Part shown: positions 27,310-41,473 of the stretch, piece after piece
Numbering within the stretch: position 1 is the stretch's first letter
Layout: each line of letters starts with the position of its first letter
NCBI GenBank assembly: GCA_028534125.1
Contig: CM052816.1
Span: 16,804,001 to 16,868,000 of the forward strand
Length of the DNA stretch: 64,000 nt
Direction of reading: 5' to 3'
Source of the DNA: Lama glama
Taxonomy: Eukaryota
Position numbers and translations under genes: made by a program
Notes under the pieces: model-generated
What the model was told of the DNA's origin: nothing
Databases searched by the model: none
What the model saw: the letters and a program-made list of their open reading frames with translations, nothing else

Positions 27310-28274
27310 GTGAGTGTTTAATATAAAACTAGATTCATTAGCAGTTTTCTTCCTTTGAGTGAAGCAACTCACTCATCTGTATCCATTATGAGACCTAGAG
27401 CTGTCTGTGCCTCAGTATGCTAGACAAGCAAATTGCATCACTGTAGGGAAAAAAAAACCTCTTTTTGTTTTTTTCTCTTGAAGGTTTGATCCTAGGACTG
27501 AAACTTAGCTCCAAGTCTTCACTGCAGGTCATCATTATTATTCATGTTCAGTTGATTGTAGTGTAAGGAATCTAGGACTTTTTTTTCCCAAAAAATAGGT
27601 ATAACTTACATAACTTGTTCACATATTCTTTGCATGGCTTCAAATACAAGTCTGGATTTCTTCATTTCTTCTGTTTTTCCCCTCAGCCTAGCTTCTTAGC
27701 CCCTCTTCTGAGGAGGCCATTGTCCTTTTTGGTCTGAGCCTCAGGCCATCCTTCAGTTCCAAGTTGAAACTGTCCTCTCCAGAGCCACCTAAGATAATTC
27801 TCTAACTAATCCCTTCAACTAATCCCCTTTTCTAGCTATCTTTTTCTTTTCCCTGCCTCCCATCCTTTCCCCCAGGTCAGTGTCTATAAAAGATAGCTGC
27901 TGCTCTTCCGCTCACATTGATTAAGTTATACCCATATTTGTGGCTGTTCTAATCAGCTTTTTCTTGAATTAATACAGTCCTTCTAATCTCCCTTTACAAT
28001 CACTTTTTAAAAATCTCATCATTTCCACCCCTCTCAGGTTCCTTTTTCCCTCTCTTCCTTTGGCTTGTGATCATAAAATTAGTATCCTCCAAAGCAAATC
28101 TAAATATCATACAACAAATCCAAACCATAATTTGCATTTTCAGGATATATAGTCAACCTTGATTACATACACTGTGTTTCGTGACGGTTATTCATGGCTT
28201 CATCAGATGAAAAGTTTTTGATAAGGGCTGCTGACTCTTCTCTTCTTGCAGCCAACGTAGCTTTTCTTACGCAG

Positions 28275-28373
28275 GAAAACAGTACTTCAAAGCCCTTGGA
28301 GTGGTGGACGCCCAGGAACCTGAGGTTTCAAAAGAGACCACGGGGACCTTACATGTCTCCTCTTTCTCTACTG
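28275..28373 (+). CDS. CDC25C: CDC25C additional in-frame 99-nt exon
   Basis: cttttcttacgcag acceptor, CTG|gtgagt donor, phase 0-0, open: [33 protein letters not shown]. Confidence 0.75.
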
Positions 28374-29524
28374 GTGAGTCACTGGACATCATCCTCAGGA
28401 GTCATCTGAGGTGTTGTGGGATAGAGGATGGCAGATCTGGATTTATGCCCCTTTGAATTTTGCTAAGCTGACTTGAGTGAGAAAGGGGTTGGAGAAGTAA
28501 CCTTTGAGCAGGCAAAGGGAGGAGGAGACATGTCCTCTGATCTCTGTTTGTTTAAATTTAAAGAGAAGAAAAATTTCTTAGGCATTTAACATTTTTTCTG
28601 CTTTATTCTTTAAGTGTATCCCCTCCTCTGATTTTAAAAGTACTATGTGCCCATTGTGAAGATTGTAAAAAAAATATAGTAAACTATAAAAAAGAAAATA
28701 TCTACCTCATAGAGAAAAACCACTATTAACATTTCACTTTTTTTCCTCATTTTTTAAACTGTGTGTAAAGTCAAGGCCATATCATATGTATATATATATA
28801 AAACTTTATGTCTTGGTTTTTTAAATTAATATTAAAACTCTTAGTAAACATTATTTTTCTAACGGATATTTTTATTCCAATAAGTGGACCATAATATGTG
28901 TAAATACTTCTCTGTTGTTAGACACTTAGTGTATTCATGTTTTACTTTTATAAATAAAGCTATCTTGTAAGTTCTTGAGCACAAATCTTTGCCTATGTTG
29001 CAGAGGGTTTTTTTCCTTAGGATTAGTACTATGAATTATAATTACTAGATTAAGACGTATAAATATTTTTAAGATATTTGATACATATTGCCAAATTCCT
29101 TTCCAAAAAAAGTTCTAAGAATTTACATTTTCATGAGCAATCCAAGACTCATTTGGATAAGTGATTTATTATCACTTTTAAAAATTTGCTAATTAGATGA
29201 GTAAAATGTTTTATTTTATGTTAAAAGTAATTAGTAATGATTTCATGTGACTCTTAGCCACATATTTTTCCTCTAGTGAATGATTGTGTCCTTTGTCCAT
29301 TTAGCTGCTGGAGTTTAAAGTTACCCAGTCACTCATTTACTTTTAATAGACTATGGACTCAGATACTCCAGAGATATGGATTCTAATGTCAACTCTATGG
29401 GAAAACCATTTTAACGTATCTCATACTAAGTAGATAAAGTTGATCATGTTTCAGATTTTTGATTTCTTGGAGTAAGAGAGAACTTGCAGATAGTATTTGT
29501 ATATGTGTGTATGATTTTTTAAAA

Positions 29525-30712
29525 TATAGTAATATTTACATAACATTTACCATTTTAACCATTTTTAAGTGTACAATCCATTGGGATTAAATACATTCAC
29601 AGTGTTGTGCAACTATCACCACTATCCTTTTCAGAATGTTTTCATCATTTAAAATAGAAGCTCTACTCATTAAACAATAATTCCTCCTTTCTCCCTCTGG
29701 TAATCTCTAGTCTACTTTCTGTCTCTGTGATTTTGAGTACTTTACGTACTTCGTGTAAGTAGAATCATATGGTATTTGTTCTCTTGTGTCTGTGTTGTCT
29801 CACTTAGCCTAATGTCTTCAAGGTTCAACCATATTGTAGCATGCATCAAAATTTCATTCCTTTTTATGGCTGAAAAATATTCCATTGTATGTATCTGACA
29901 CAGTTTGTTTATTCTTTCACCTGCTGATGGACATTTGGGTTGTTTCCACCTTTTGCCTATTGTGAACAATGCTGCTATGAACATTGATATACAAATATCT
30001 TTTCAAATCCTTGCTTTCAATTCTTTGGGGTATATACCCAGAAATGGAGTTCTGGGATCATATATGTTAATTCTGTGTTTAATTTTTGGAACAACCACCA
30101 TACTGTTATCCGTAGCAACTGAACCATTTGACATTTCCCACAGCAATGCACAAGGGTTCCAATTTCTCCATATTGCCAACACTTGTAATTTTCTGGGTTT
30201 TGTTGTTGTTTGTTTGTTTTAATAGTAGTACCCATTAGGATTAATAGGTATAAAGTGGTATCATTGTGGTTTTGATTTGTATTTCCCTAATAACTAGTTA
30301 TGTTATATATCTTTTCATGTGAAAATTGGTCATTTATATATCTTTGGAGAAATGTCTATTCAAGTCCTGTTTGTTTCTGTTATTATTGTTGCTGTTGTTG
30401 AGTTGTAGGTGTTCTTTATATATTCTAAGTATTAATCCCTTATCAGATATATGATTTGCAAACATTTTCTCCTATACTGTCAGTTGCCTTTTCACTTTCT
30501 TGATAGTGTTCTTTGATGCACAAAGGTTTTTAATCCAGTTTATCCATTCTTTCGTTGCTGTGCTTTTGTGTCATATTTGAGAAATCATTGCTAAATCCAA
30601 TGCCATGAAGATTTCCTCCTGTTTTCTTCTAAAAGTTTTATAGTTTTAGCTCGTACATATAAGTTGTTGGTTCATTTTGAGTTAATATTTGTATATAATG
30701 TAAGGAAGGGTC
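29525..30712 (-). mobile_element. L1 3' fragment (ORF2 end plus 3' UTR)
   Basis: ORF 29742-29984 [33 protein letters not shown] is the L1 ORF2p C-terminus. Confidence 0.88.
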
Positions 30713-30748
30713 CTGGATAATTTTTAATATTGTCAATATACTTCATAG

Positions 30749-30907
30749 GACAATGGAAACTTGGTGGAAAGTGAAATGAAACATCTGGGCAGTCCCATTA
30801 CTACAGTTTCAAAATTAGATCAAAATCCAAAGCTAGGAGAAGACCAAGCAGAGGAGATTTCAGATGAATTGATGGAGTTTTCTCTGGAAGATCAAGAAGA
30901 GGCCAAG
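30749..30907 (+). CDS. CDC25C: CDC25C coding exon (NES region)
   Basis: [53 protein letters not shown]; 159 nt. Confidence 0.94.
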
Positions 30908-33034
30908 GTAAAGTACTCTCTGGTAGTATCTTTACATTTTTCAAATTCCTTCATTCTTGAATAAATAATATTGTGTATCTAATATGTTGCAGCCATTGTA
31001 CTGTGTGGTAGGTCTGCAGAGATCAAGAAGACATGGTCTCTATATCTAAGGGTTACCAGACTGAGAAGATGTCAGGTTACAATGGGACACTCATCACTGC
31101 TGGTGAGAAGGTTTCTGTTAGTAGTTTGAGTAGATTACCACCAGTGTAATCTGGTGTAAGTGATGCCTCCAGAATAATAGTAATATGGAATATACTTAGT
31201 ATGACTTTTCAGGTATTTTAGAATATATACTTTTGCCTTCTTTTATCTTCCCTGTACCACTGAGAGGAATATCTGAAGCTTTTGGCTTATTGGCAACGTA
31301 CTGATATGTCAAAGATCGTTTCTGAGGCATTTAGATTTTCTGAATCAATGTCACTTCTTTGAATCAAATATGTGTGGGGGTGTATTTTTTAAATTTATTC
31401 ATTTTACAGGCATATATGATATAGCTGAGTTAGAACCCTTGGTTTCTAGTCCTCACTCTCTTATTTAGTGTTATGACCATGAGCAAGACATTTAACCACC
31501 CTAAGGCTCAGTTTCTCAATTGTAAAATGGAGAGCATAATAATGAAAAAAAAAATCCTTCAAGAGGATTTTTGTGAATATGATAAAGTATTAAGAACAGT
31601 TTATGATAGTCTATGTACTTTATTATTGTTAATAAAAACTAGTATAAGCTGTAACAACATTCAATAAATATTATGAGGCTGATTATGCCAGGTGCTGTAC
31701 TAGAACTGAGGACAGAGTCATGATTAATATGGACAAAATTCCTAATTTTCATGGAGCTCCTGTTTATATTTTTTCTAGTCAAGAAGATAGACAATATAAG
31801 TAAGTAAGTCAATACTCAAGATAATGAGAGATTGTCAGAAGTATTGTGAATGACAGAATGATATGAAAAAAGGGCCTAGGAGTTTGGGAAGGTACTATTT
31901 TTAACTTTAACCCAAGTAACTGGAGAAAGGTGACACTGTAATGAATTTGAAAAGAAGGGTGAATTCAAAGGGAATAAGATGGGTTCTGTTTTGCACTTTT
32001 GAATTAGAGGTGGTAACAGGAAACTTAAATGGAAATACTGAGGAGTTGGAGCCATCAGGACTGGAAATGTATGTTTCAGGACCACTGCATAGAAGAGAAA
32101 ATGAAGGCTAATGACTCCAAGTTTAAAAACAGAGAGGAAGAGCTTGTGAAAAAGGAGTGATAGCCTCTGAAGAGACTAATAATGAGGTAGATATAAACAA
32201 GAATAACATCATTCAAGGATCAGAAAGGAGAGATCTAGGACACAGCGGTGTCAGTTTTATATATTTACTCATTTTATACATTTCTTTATGATGGTAAAAT
32301 ACAATACACTAAAATTTATCATTTTAATAGTTACGTGTACTATTCAGTGGCGTTAAGAACCTTCATATTGTTACAAATGTACTTATTCATCTCTAGAACT
32401 TTTTCATCACCCCAAACAGAAACCCTTTGAAGAGTTTTATCATTGTAGCTCTTAAATTTGGGTCTTGTTCCATTTTAAATTTTTTGTGTATCTTGTTAGG
32501 TAAGGGTCCAGTTTCATTCATATGCATGTGAATATCTGGTTTTCCCAGATCCATTTTGTTGAAAAGATTGTTTTTTCCTTATTGAATGGTCCTGGCACCA
32601 TTGTCAAAATTCATTTGACTGTGTATAGGAGGGCTTATTTCTGGATTCCCTATTCAGTTCTGTTGGTATGTGTGTGTCTTTATGGTACTGTAGTTCAATT
32701 ACTGCAGCTTTGTAGTGACCTCATTTTATATATATTTTTATTTCACAAGGTATACTTAAATATATTCTCCTTGAAAGGAAATTAGGGCTAATTAGCCTTA
32801 GCTATTATGTTTATCTCTTTGAAGGATGACTTTGAAATTATTTGTTGCTGTGGAAAAGTCAAGAGCATAGGAGTCAGTAGAGTATATTGATCTAAAAAGT
32901 ATAGACTCTACAGCCAGACTGCCTGGGTTCATAGGTTGGCTCTGCCACTTTTACCTGTATGTGTAGGTCATATGCTCTCCTTATGTTTCAATTTAGTAAT
33001 CTATAAAAAAGATTAAAGAATCTTTTTTAAAAAT

Positions 33035-33930
33035 ACAACTTTATTGGAATACAATGCACATTCTATACAATTCACCCACTTAAAGTATACAAATATAATG
33101 GTTTTTAATATATTCAAAAATCTGTACCACAATCAATTTTAGAACCTTTTATCGCTCAAAAAGTATCTCACAACCTCTAGCAGTCATCCCCCATTCTCTG
33201 CATTTCTTCCGACCCTAGGCAACCAGAATGGACATTTCATATAAATGGAATCATACAATGTGTAACATTTATGACTGGTTTCTTCCACTTAACATAATGT
33301 TTTCAAGGTTCATCTATGTTTTAGCATGTGTCAATACCTCTCTCCTTTTAAAAAATTTTTTGATTGAATTTATGTGATTTACAGTATTGTGTTAGCTTCA
33401 GGTGTACAGCATAGTCATTTCGTTTTTTGGGGTTTTTTTGCAGAATATATTCCACTGTAGGTTATTACAAGATAGTGGGTATAATGCCTTGTGCTATACA
33501 GTAAATACTTATTGCTTACCTATTTTATGTATAGTGATTTGTATCTGTTAATCCCATACTCCTAATTCCCTGCCCCCCATCATTCTCCCCTTTGGTAACC
33601 ATGAGTTTGTTTTCTGTCTGTGAGTCTGTTTCTGCTTTATATATAAGTCATTTGTATTATTTTTTAGATTCTGCATATAAGTGATATTACCTAGCATTTG
33701 TCTTTCTCTGCCTGACTTGTTTCACTAAGCATAATATTCTCTAGGTCCATCCATGTTGCTGCAAATGGCAATATTTCATTCTTTTTTATGGCTGGGTAAT
33801 ACTCCATTGCACATATATATCACATCTTCTTAAACCAATTGTCTGTTGGTAGCCACTTGGGTTTCTTCCATGTCTTGGCTATTGTAAATTTTGCTGCTAT
33901 GAACGTTAAGGTGCATGCATCTTTTCATGA
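33035..33930 (-). mobile_element. Two adjacent L1 3' fragments (older ~33035-33345, younger ~33355-33930)
   Basis: Typical reverse L1 3' motifs (ccatccatgttgctgcaaatggc, tcttggctattgtaaat). Confidence 0.78.
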
Positions 33931-35254
33931 AATTGCTTTAGTAACTATTTCATGGGGTTGTTGTGAGGACTAAATGAGTAAATTACACACAAAACATTTA
34001 GAACAACACTTGACAATTAATGGTGCTTAATTATTATAGTGTAGCATAGTGTACATACTTAATTAGCATAAGGACCAAAATGTGTGGAGTTATGAAGAGT
34101 GAGCCAAGTGAGAGTTGAAGTAATCTTATGACTCAGAGGAGATTATTAGGTGAGGGCCTTGAAGAATATGGAGAAGGTTATAAGCAACTTCTGGAAACTG
34201 CAGAAGGGAATTATTGAAAGACTAATAAAATGATATTTATAAGGTCCTATAAGATAGACCTGCATGCATAGTGTCTTCCTATAAGAATACTTTTGCCTAG
34301 AAGCAAGATTGGAGACTTTGGAACTCCAGAGTTGGTTAAGTGAGGGTTGCAGGTTGTCGATGATAGATGAAAAAGTGGTCAAGGTAACCTAGATGATAAT
34401 GAAGGCAACAGAGAAGTAGATGAGGATGAATCAAAGCCTGGATAAGGAGCCACATGTCCCTGGATAAATAGTAAAATAAGAACAGTAATGTGATTGGAAG
34501 TTGCTGAGGGGGAACAAAACAGCTGGTTTAGAAAGTTCTGAGAACTAGAGGAGATTTTGGTCAGTTTGAGGACATGTCAAGTTTGCATTCTTGGTGGTAG
34601 CGTAATAGAGGATGGTTGCAGATTTTTTTTTTTTTTAAATCCCAGTTTGTTGAGAAGCTAATGTGGAATGCAGGAGAAGGTTGATGCAAGTGTTTCGGGG
34701 TTATGAAGGCCTAGCCCTCAGAGGGTTGTCAGTGAACATTGTGTGAGTGTTGGGAAAGAAGTAGCATGGGTTTCAGTATTTTAGGTAGTAACAGGGACTA
34801 GAGTGGAAAGGGAAAATGAGAGCCAGGTAATAATAATAGCTCCCATTTATTGAGTAGAATGTACTAAGCACTGTGTGCCAAGCAGTTTACATCCATCATC
34901 ACATTTAATTCTCATATCAGTCCTGAAAGATGAGTATTATCCCCTGCCTTTTTTTTTCCTTTATTATTATCCTCTTTTGAGAGGAGAACATGAGGCCATG
35001 AGGTAAGGTCTCTTACCCAAGTTTGCAAAGTTAGCAAATGGCAGAGCTACAACTTAAATCAAGATCTACCTGACTCCAGAGCCTAGGTTTTTGGCAGTAT
35101 TATGGTGTCTTCTACTGAAAATACCTGGGAGGTAAAAATTGTACTAGTGACGTGTGAAAATGATAGTTGCTTTTTGTGTAGGGTTGGTAAAATTGAAAAT
35201 CCAGAATTTGAATGAACTTAAGTGTTAGGAAGGATGGTTAATCAATTATCTAGA

Positions 35255-35632
35255 ATAATGCTGTTAAGTAAAACTTTCTGAGATGATGGAAATATTTTGT
35301 ATTTGTCCAGTATAATAGCTTGTGGCTATTGAGCACTTAAAATGTGACTAGTGCAACTGAGGGACTGAATTTTTTTTTTTTTTGAGTTTTAATTCATGCA
35401 AATAGTCATGTGTGGCTAGTGTTACTATAATGGGTACTGCTGGTCTAGAACCCTCTATAAAGTATGGTCCCCAGAGCAGCAATATCAGTATCAGGTAGGA
35501 ACTTGTTACCTTTGCAAATTTATGGGCCCCACCCCAGACTGGAATCAGAAACTGAGGGTAGGGCCCAGCAATCTGTGTTTCAACAGTTCCTCCCAGTGAT
35601 TTAGCTGCATACTAAAGTTTGAGAGCCACTGT
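35255..35632. mobile_element. MER3-like plus MER5A-like DNA transposon remnants
   Basis: gatgatggaaatatt..tgtggctattgagcacttaaaatgtgactagtgcaactgagg followed by MER5A motifs. Confidence 0.65.
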
Positions 35633-36662
35633 GCTATAAACGTATTAAGTCTTGTTTTGTTTTAATTTCCTTGGTTTGTGGGAAAACCACAGAACCAAGT
35701 TACTAACTGAAAGGAGCAGGATGGTTATTGGGAGAATGGACAGCGACCTTCCTGAAGTAAATGTTTCTGAGGACTTGCTGATAATGCAGAGTAGATCTGT
35801 GGAAAAACAGCAAGCAGTTAGGGATAGGTAGCGTGGGGAAAATGTTACTGGGGCTTCTGGAAAAAAAAGAACTATATAAAATGAACATTTAGTGTTGCTC
35901 TTACAAATACACATTAGTCTTCATATTTGTGAAATGTTGTAGTTAATATAGTCAAATCTCAACTGGTATTAACTTAATAAAGTTGAGTTTAGTGTTGATT
36001 AAAAAGAAAGTCCTTCTGTTTTCAATTTTATTGTTGGAAATTTGTCTAAGGTGTTTAATCTGCTTTTATGAAATTATGAGTACAGTACAATGAACATAAC
36101 TGAATCTTTGCTGTTTGAAGATCTTTCATAGTCTCAGAAACATCATTCATTCTGAATTGTATCATATAGACATTATAGGACGGTGGATTTGAAGTAGACT
36201 GACCCCAGAAAATACTCTGGAAGTTTTGTTTGTTTACAGAGAAGAATAGTATGTAGCTATTAGGTATTTACTTTGTTGGTTTGTAATAAATATTAAGTCC
36301 CTCTATGGGCTCTTTTTCTTAAATTGTGACTTATAAAGTCATTTTCATTTGACAGCCCATTGTATAAGAATATGCATAGTAGTAGATTTTAGGTTAGAAA
36401 AGGTATAGGAATTTTTTCTTATTGGTTTACCTCTTTGATGCTAAATGGAAAAAGATATCTTATACAGTAAGGAGATTGTTGTAATCGTAGTGATTTCTGA
36501 CTCATTTTAAAAAAAATATTTATTGGCACTTAAGTGTCAAGCACTGTGCTAGGCTCTGATGATACAGTGATGAACAAAACAGACTATGTTTATGCCCTCC
36601 TGCAGTTTTCATTCTTGGCACAGAGCTATCAAAAAACAAATGCATGTTTATCAAGTTCTTAG

Positions 36663-37180
36663 GTGTTCTAGTTAGAATTCTTGGTTGCAAATAACAGAAA
36701 CTGATTCTAGTTACCTCAAGCAGAAAAGGGATTTTCTGGAAGGTATTGAGAAACTCAGAGAATTACCAGGAAGGCTGGAAAATAAGGTAAGGCCCAGCCA
36801 AAGTGCTACTACAGGAACATTGTGCTCAGGATGCCACCACCTGCTGGCTGGACACTCAGTGCCATCATTACTGGCCTCCTGCCATGGAACATAACCCGAC
36901 CTGCTGCTGGACTCTGCTGCTGAGGGATGCTTGCTGCCACCCACCATATTTTCCACTGTGATGCAGCAACCATAAAAAAAAGTCTTAGCCAACCCTGTAC
37001 TTTTGTGTTGCTCTTTAAGTTTCAAAATCCAGGCAGGAATATCAAGTCCGCTACAAAAGAATAGAAAAGGAAATATCTATCCCCCCTTTTGCTTCCTTAT
37101 CAGGAGGCAGGGCTGCCTCCCATCTAATCTGAGATTTTACTAAAATAGGATGCTTAGTAGCCAAATTGCAAATGACTGCC
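36663..37180. mobile_element. Probable old MaLR solo LTR
   Basis: tgttctagttagaattcttggttgcaaataacagaaac..aagcagaaaaggg terminus typical of MLT1 LTRs; subfamily not assigned. Confidence 0.5.
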
Positions 37181-38553
37181 ATAGAGACAAAATAATTTAA
37201 CTATTGCAAATTGTCCAAGTGTAATGAAAGAAACAAAATGGGGACTGATATAGAGACTAACAGAAGGGGACCTTCAAATGGAGGTAATTAGGGAAGGCCT
37301 TTTAAGCAAGAGATATTTAGTTGAGAACAGACTGATGAACTATCCCAGTTTGTCTGAAAATGAGGAGGTTCCTAGGATATGGGACTTTTAGTGCTAAAAC
37401 TGGAAAAGTCCTAGATGAATTGGGGTGAAGCTCTGGTTGTGAAGGAACCATACATGACATGAGTAGAGGCAAGAGCATTCCATAAAGCAGGAATATTGTA
37501 GATGCAGAGTTTCCAAGATTGAAGAGATCTTGGTGTGTTTAAGGAACTGAGAAGCCAGGATCAGTGAGGGGGAAAGTTGCCTCAAGTGGGAAAGAAGAGG
37601 TAGGCAGGTGAAGGATTATACGGGGTCTTCAGGCTATGAGTGTTTAAATTTTATTCTAAATGTAGTGGGAAGCTGTTGGAGGGTTTTAAGCAGGGGAATA
37701 ATATGACCCGATTTGTTTTATGAAGACCACACTTGTTGCTGGACGAGGAATAGATTAGAGAGGACTAATATTTGGAAGGAGGTGAGAAAAAAGGAGTTGG
37801 GAGGAGGTGAGATTAGGAAGCTATTGCAGTAGTCCTGGGGGAGAATTGGTGATAGCCTGAACTCAGGTGGTGGCTATGAGACAGAGAGAAATAGATGAAT
37901 TTAAAATGTGTTTTGGATACAAATCAAGTGTTTTGTTTCATAGAGAAAACAAACAATCAGAAGAAAACTACCTTTTCTCACCAAATATTGCAACCTATCT
38001 GCTCCGATATCTATATAATCTGTCATCCCTCTTGATACAGGACCAAACTATGTAAAGTCTTGTCCTGCAACAAGAGGACTACATAAAGTGTCCCTGCTCC
38101 AATCTAAAGCCCCATCCCACCCCTTCACACTGCATCTCATTCATTCATTCAGTAATGCTGGGGATATAGTAATACAACAAAATCTCTGCTCTCATGGAGC
38201 TTTCATTCTTGTCTGGAGGAAACAAACAATTACATTTATAATTGTTAGATGGTAAAAATACTTTGGTAAAAAAGTAGGGTCAGGAGAATAAGAACCTGGA
38301 TTGGGGTAGGGTAGAGGGGGAGTTGGTATTTTCAGTTTGTTGCAGATGTTAAAGAAGATCTCTCTGAGAGTGACATTTGAGCAGACATCTGAAGTGACAA
38401 GGGAGCCAAACAAAGAGTTACCAGAGGAATGAGTTATTCAAGGCAGAAGGAAATGCAAGCACAATGCCTTTGAGATGGGAGTGTGCTTGGCATGTTCATG
38501 GATACACAGATGTTTATTAGGTCTAGTTGGTTTATAGTATTGCTTAAGTTTTT

Positions 38554-38715
38554 TTTTTAAATTGAAGTATAGTCAGTTTACAATGTTGTATCAGTTTCTG
38601 GTGTACAGTATAATGTTTCAGTCATACATATACATGCATGTATTTGTTTTCATATTCTTTTTCATTATAGGTTACTTCAAGATATTGAATATAGTTCCTT
38701 GTGCTGTACAGAAGA
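38554..38715 (-). mobile_element. Short 5'-truncated young L1 3' end
   Basis: attgaagtatagtcagtttacaatg...; TSD tgcttaagttttt 38541-38553 / tgcttcagttttt 38716-38728; same family as 49453 and 58388 copies. Confidence 0.8.
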
Positions 38716-39849
38716 TGCTTCAGTTTTTGAACTTTCCTATCTTTTATTCTTAATTTTTTTTTACAGCACTTATCACTACATAAAAGTACAGAGAGTATTT
38801 AGTTGTTTGTCTCTTCCACTCTCTTATTCATTGCCATGTCACCTAATAGGTACTCAGAAATTGTCAGGCCAGGTATATAAATGTGGAAGTCTGGAAGTAA
38901 GAGCAGAGATCTTGACTGGAGTCAAGAAATTTGAGAGTCATCATCATAGAGGGAAAATTTAAATTCATGGGTAGAAAAAAATCACCTGTGGCAAGAGTGA
39001 GCAGATAAAAATGAGTCAGGTCCTATCCCCGAATCCAACATCTACTAGAGGTTCGTAGGTGAGGAAGCCTGACAAAGACTGAGAAGGAGCGACAGAGAGG
39101 TAGAAGCATCATAGTTCTTTTAGTATAGGGGTTGCCTACACTAGGACTAAACTATGAAATTAAGAGGTGCCATTGAAGCCAAAGAACAAGGGAGTAGCCA
39201 GGTCAATGGAAGCCACAGTAAGATACATGGCCATAGTAAGATACATGGCTAAAGAAGTGACTATCAGATATGACAATATGAAGATTGTTCATAACCTTGA
39301 CAAGAGCAATAGAGTGGTACAGACAGAAGCCAGGTCTATGTGTGTTTGAAAAGCATACAGCTCTTGAGGAACTAGTGGTGCCTCCTCAGTTTACAGTTTA
39401 TAAAACCTGTAAGTGGATTCAAGCTGAGCAAGCTTCCTTGTCGTCTTTCTGGCCTTCTCAGTGCTTAAAACTCCCATATTTGAAAAGTGTTCTGTGATTC
39501 CTTAAGCAAAGAAAATTACTAATTGATAGATGTTGAATAGAATCTAAGCCAGCTGGTCCTGGGATTGCCCCACACCAGCTGCTGGGAACTGGGAAACTTC
39601 TGACTAGCTAGACAAAGCTAAAGTATCATCATCATTCCTCCATGACCTAGCACTTAACACTCTTTGCAGTAAGTGGCCATTTATTTGTATATAAATAGTG
39701 GAAAGCATCTTTCAGAACAGTAGTGGCTCTTTCTGTCTGTTAAAGTAGTTTTCTGCTATCATTTATTTCTTATCCTTGGACTATATGAAATGCAAAAAGA
39801 TGTTTATCACCTTCATTATCACCATCATAATAGCTACCAAGAACCTAAA

Positions 39850-40170
39850 GCTTGAATGCAACAGAATAGAGATTCGAGAAATAGGCTCATGCATATATGG
39901 TCAACTGATAATTGACCAAGGTACAAAAGCAATTAAATGAAGAAAGCATAGTCTTCTCAACAAGTTGTGCTGAAGCAATTGAAAATCCATATGAAAACAA
40001 AAATCTCAATCCATACTTCATACCATATATAGAAATTAGCACAAAATAGGTCATGGACCTAAATATAAAACTTAAAACCATATAACAGCTGAAGAAAAAA
40101 ATACAGGAGGAAATGTTTGTAACCCTGTGTTAGGCAAAGATTTCTTAGATATAATACTAAAAAATGGGTG
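39850..40170 (+). mobile_element. L1 ORF2 internal fragment
   Basis: atatatggtcaactgataattgaccaagg..agtcttctcaacaagttgtgctg..gacctaaatataaaac. Confidence 0.75.
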
Positions 40171-41164
40171 CATTTCACTTATTAACTAATTAATCCAAAG
40201 TCTTCAAAATGAGGCCTTAGCTTAATAATTACAGTGTGTTTTAGAGAGGCTCTTTTGGTTAAAAGAGACAAAGATTTCATTAAGGCCAGCAAATTTGAAA
40301 TTCTGATCTGGCTTCCCACTGCCTTCTTCTCAGGGCAAACTTGAAGTTATATGAAGGAAAGTCTGTTGTGGAGGCTGGGTAGCCAGCTCCTCAGTCCTGC
40401 ACCACATCTCCTCTTCCACTGTACCTTTGGGTCATCCATCCATTCATCATTGGCCTCATGGCCTTGACTGTATCTTTTGACTTCTCTCTTTTAATAAAGC
40501 TTTGGCTTCTGCTGCTGCCTAATTATTTTGACATTTTCTAAGTTTAACTGTCAGAACCTGATTGGCCCAGATTATGTTTACATTTTCTTGACCATTAAAT
40601 AGGGGTGTTCAACCAGCAATGTGGTCCAGTCATCAGTGCCTTGGGGTAGGCTTATGAAGACATAGGGTAATGACTGGCAAGGGTCCACTGGAAAAAATAG
40701 GTATGGAATGTTGCTATGCCAGATGTGAACTGCACTTTCTGCTGGTACCATGAGCACTGGAATTTCCTTTAGACAGGACCACGGATGTGGCAAACACTGT
40801 AATAGATTTAGTTATTGTAAAGTGAAATATTGACATCTTCTCCCAGAAACCATTGACCATCAATGTGTGTTCTAATTTGGCTCTCTTATGGTCTAGTCCT
40901 TTCCTAAATCAATGCATGGCAGTAGTGAGGTGGGCGTATGGAGAAGGAAACAGTGGATAAAAATCTTGGACTAGCTGAAAGTTGTCATCAGATTTCATTT
41001 AATATATCCCCCTGCCTCTGGGTATATAACACCCATATTCTAGTGTTTTCTTTTCCCTTGCATGATTCTTATTTTGCTATTTTCTTCCTCATTAACCCCC
41101 TTTAAGAACACTGAATGATATTTTTTCTCTGCCACTCAAAGAAACTAACAAAAAAAATGGTATG

Positions 41165-41473
41165 CAGTAAGATCTCCATGTCCACAGTTTCTGCATCCAC
41201 GGATTCAACAAACCACAGATTGAAAATATTAAAAAAATAAAATTTCAGGAAGTTCCAAAAAGCAAACTTAAATTTGCCCATGCAGGAAACTATTTATATA
41301 GTATTTACATTGTATTATAAGTAGTCTAGAGATGATTTAAAATATGTAGTAGGATATGCATAGATTATATGCAAATACCACATGGTTTTAAATAAGCAAC
41401 TTGAGCACCCTGGATTTTGGTATCCGTGGGGGTCCTGAAACCAGTCCCCCACAGATACCAAGGGACAACTATA
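41165..41473. mobile_element. MER2/Tigger-like DNA transposon remnant
   Basis: ttctgcatccacggattcaac..ttccaaaaagcaaa..ggattttggtatccgtgggggtcctgaaaccagtccccc..gataccaagggacaact. Confidence 0.72.

Noticed and set aside
35693..35827. Exon-like 135-nt segment in the long CDC25C intron (open frame TKLLTERSRMVIGRMDSDLPEV...)
   Set aside because: Open only in phase 2-2 whereas the host intron is phase 0 (immediate TGA); weak pyrimidine tract and donor; no recognisable homology. A poison exon cannot be excluded without RNA data
39218..39250. 18-bp tandem duplication (agtaagatacatggc twice)
   Set aside because: Two-copy slippage within degenerate repeat DNA; no array or spacer structure
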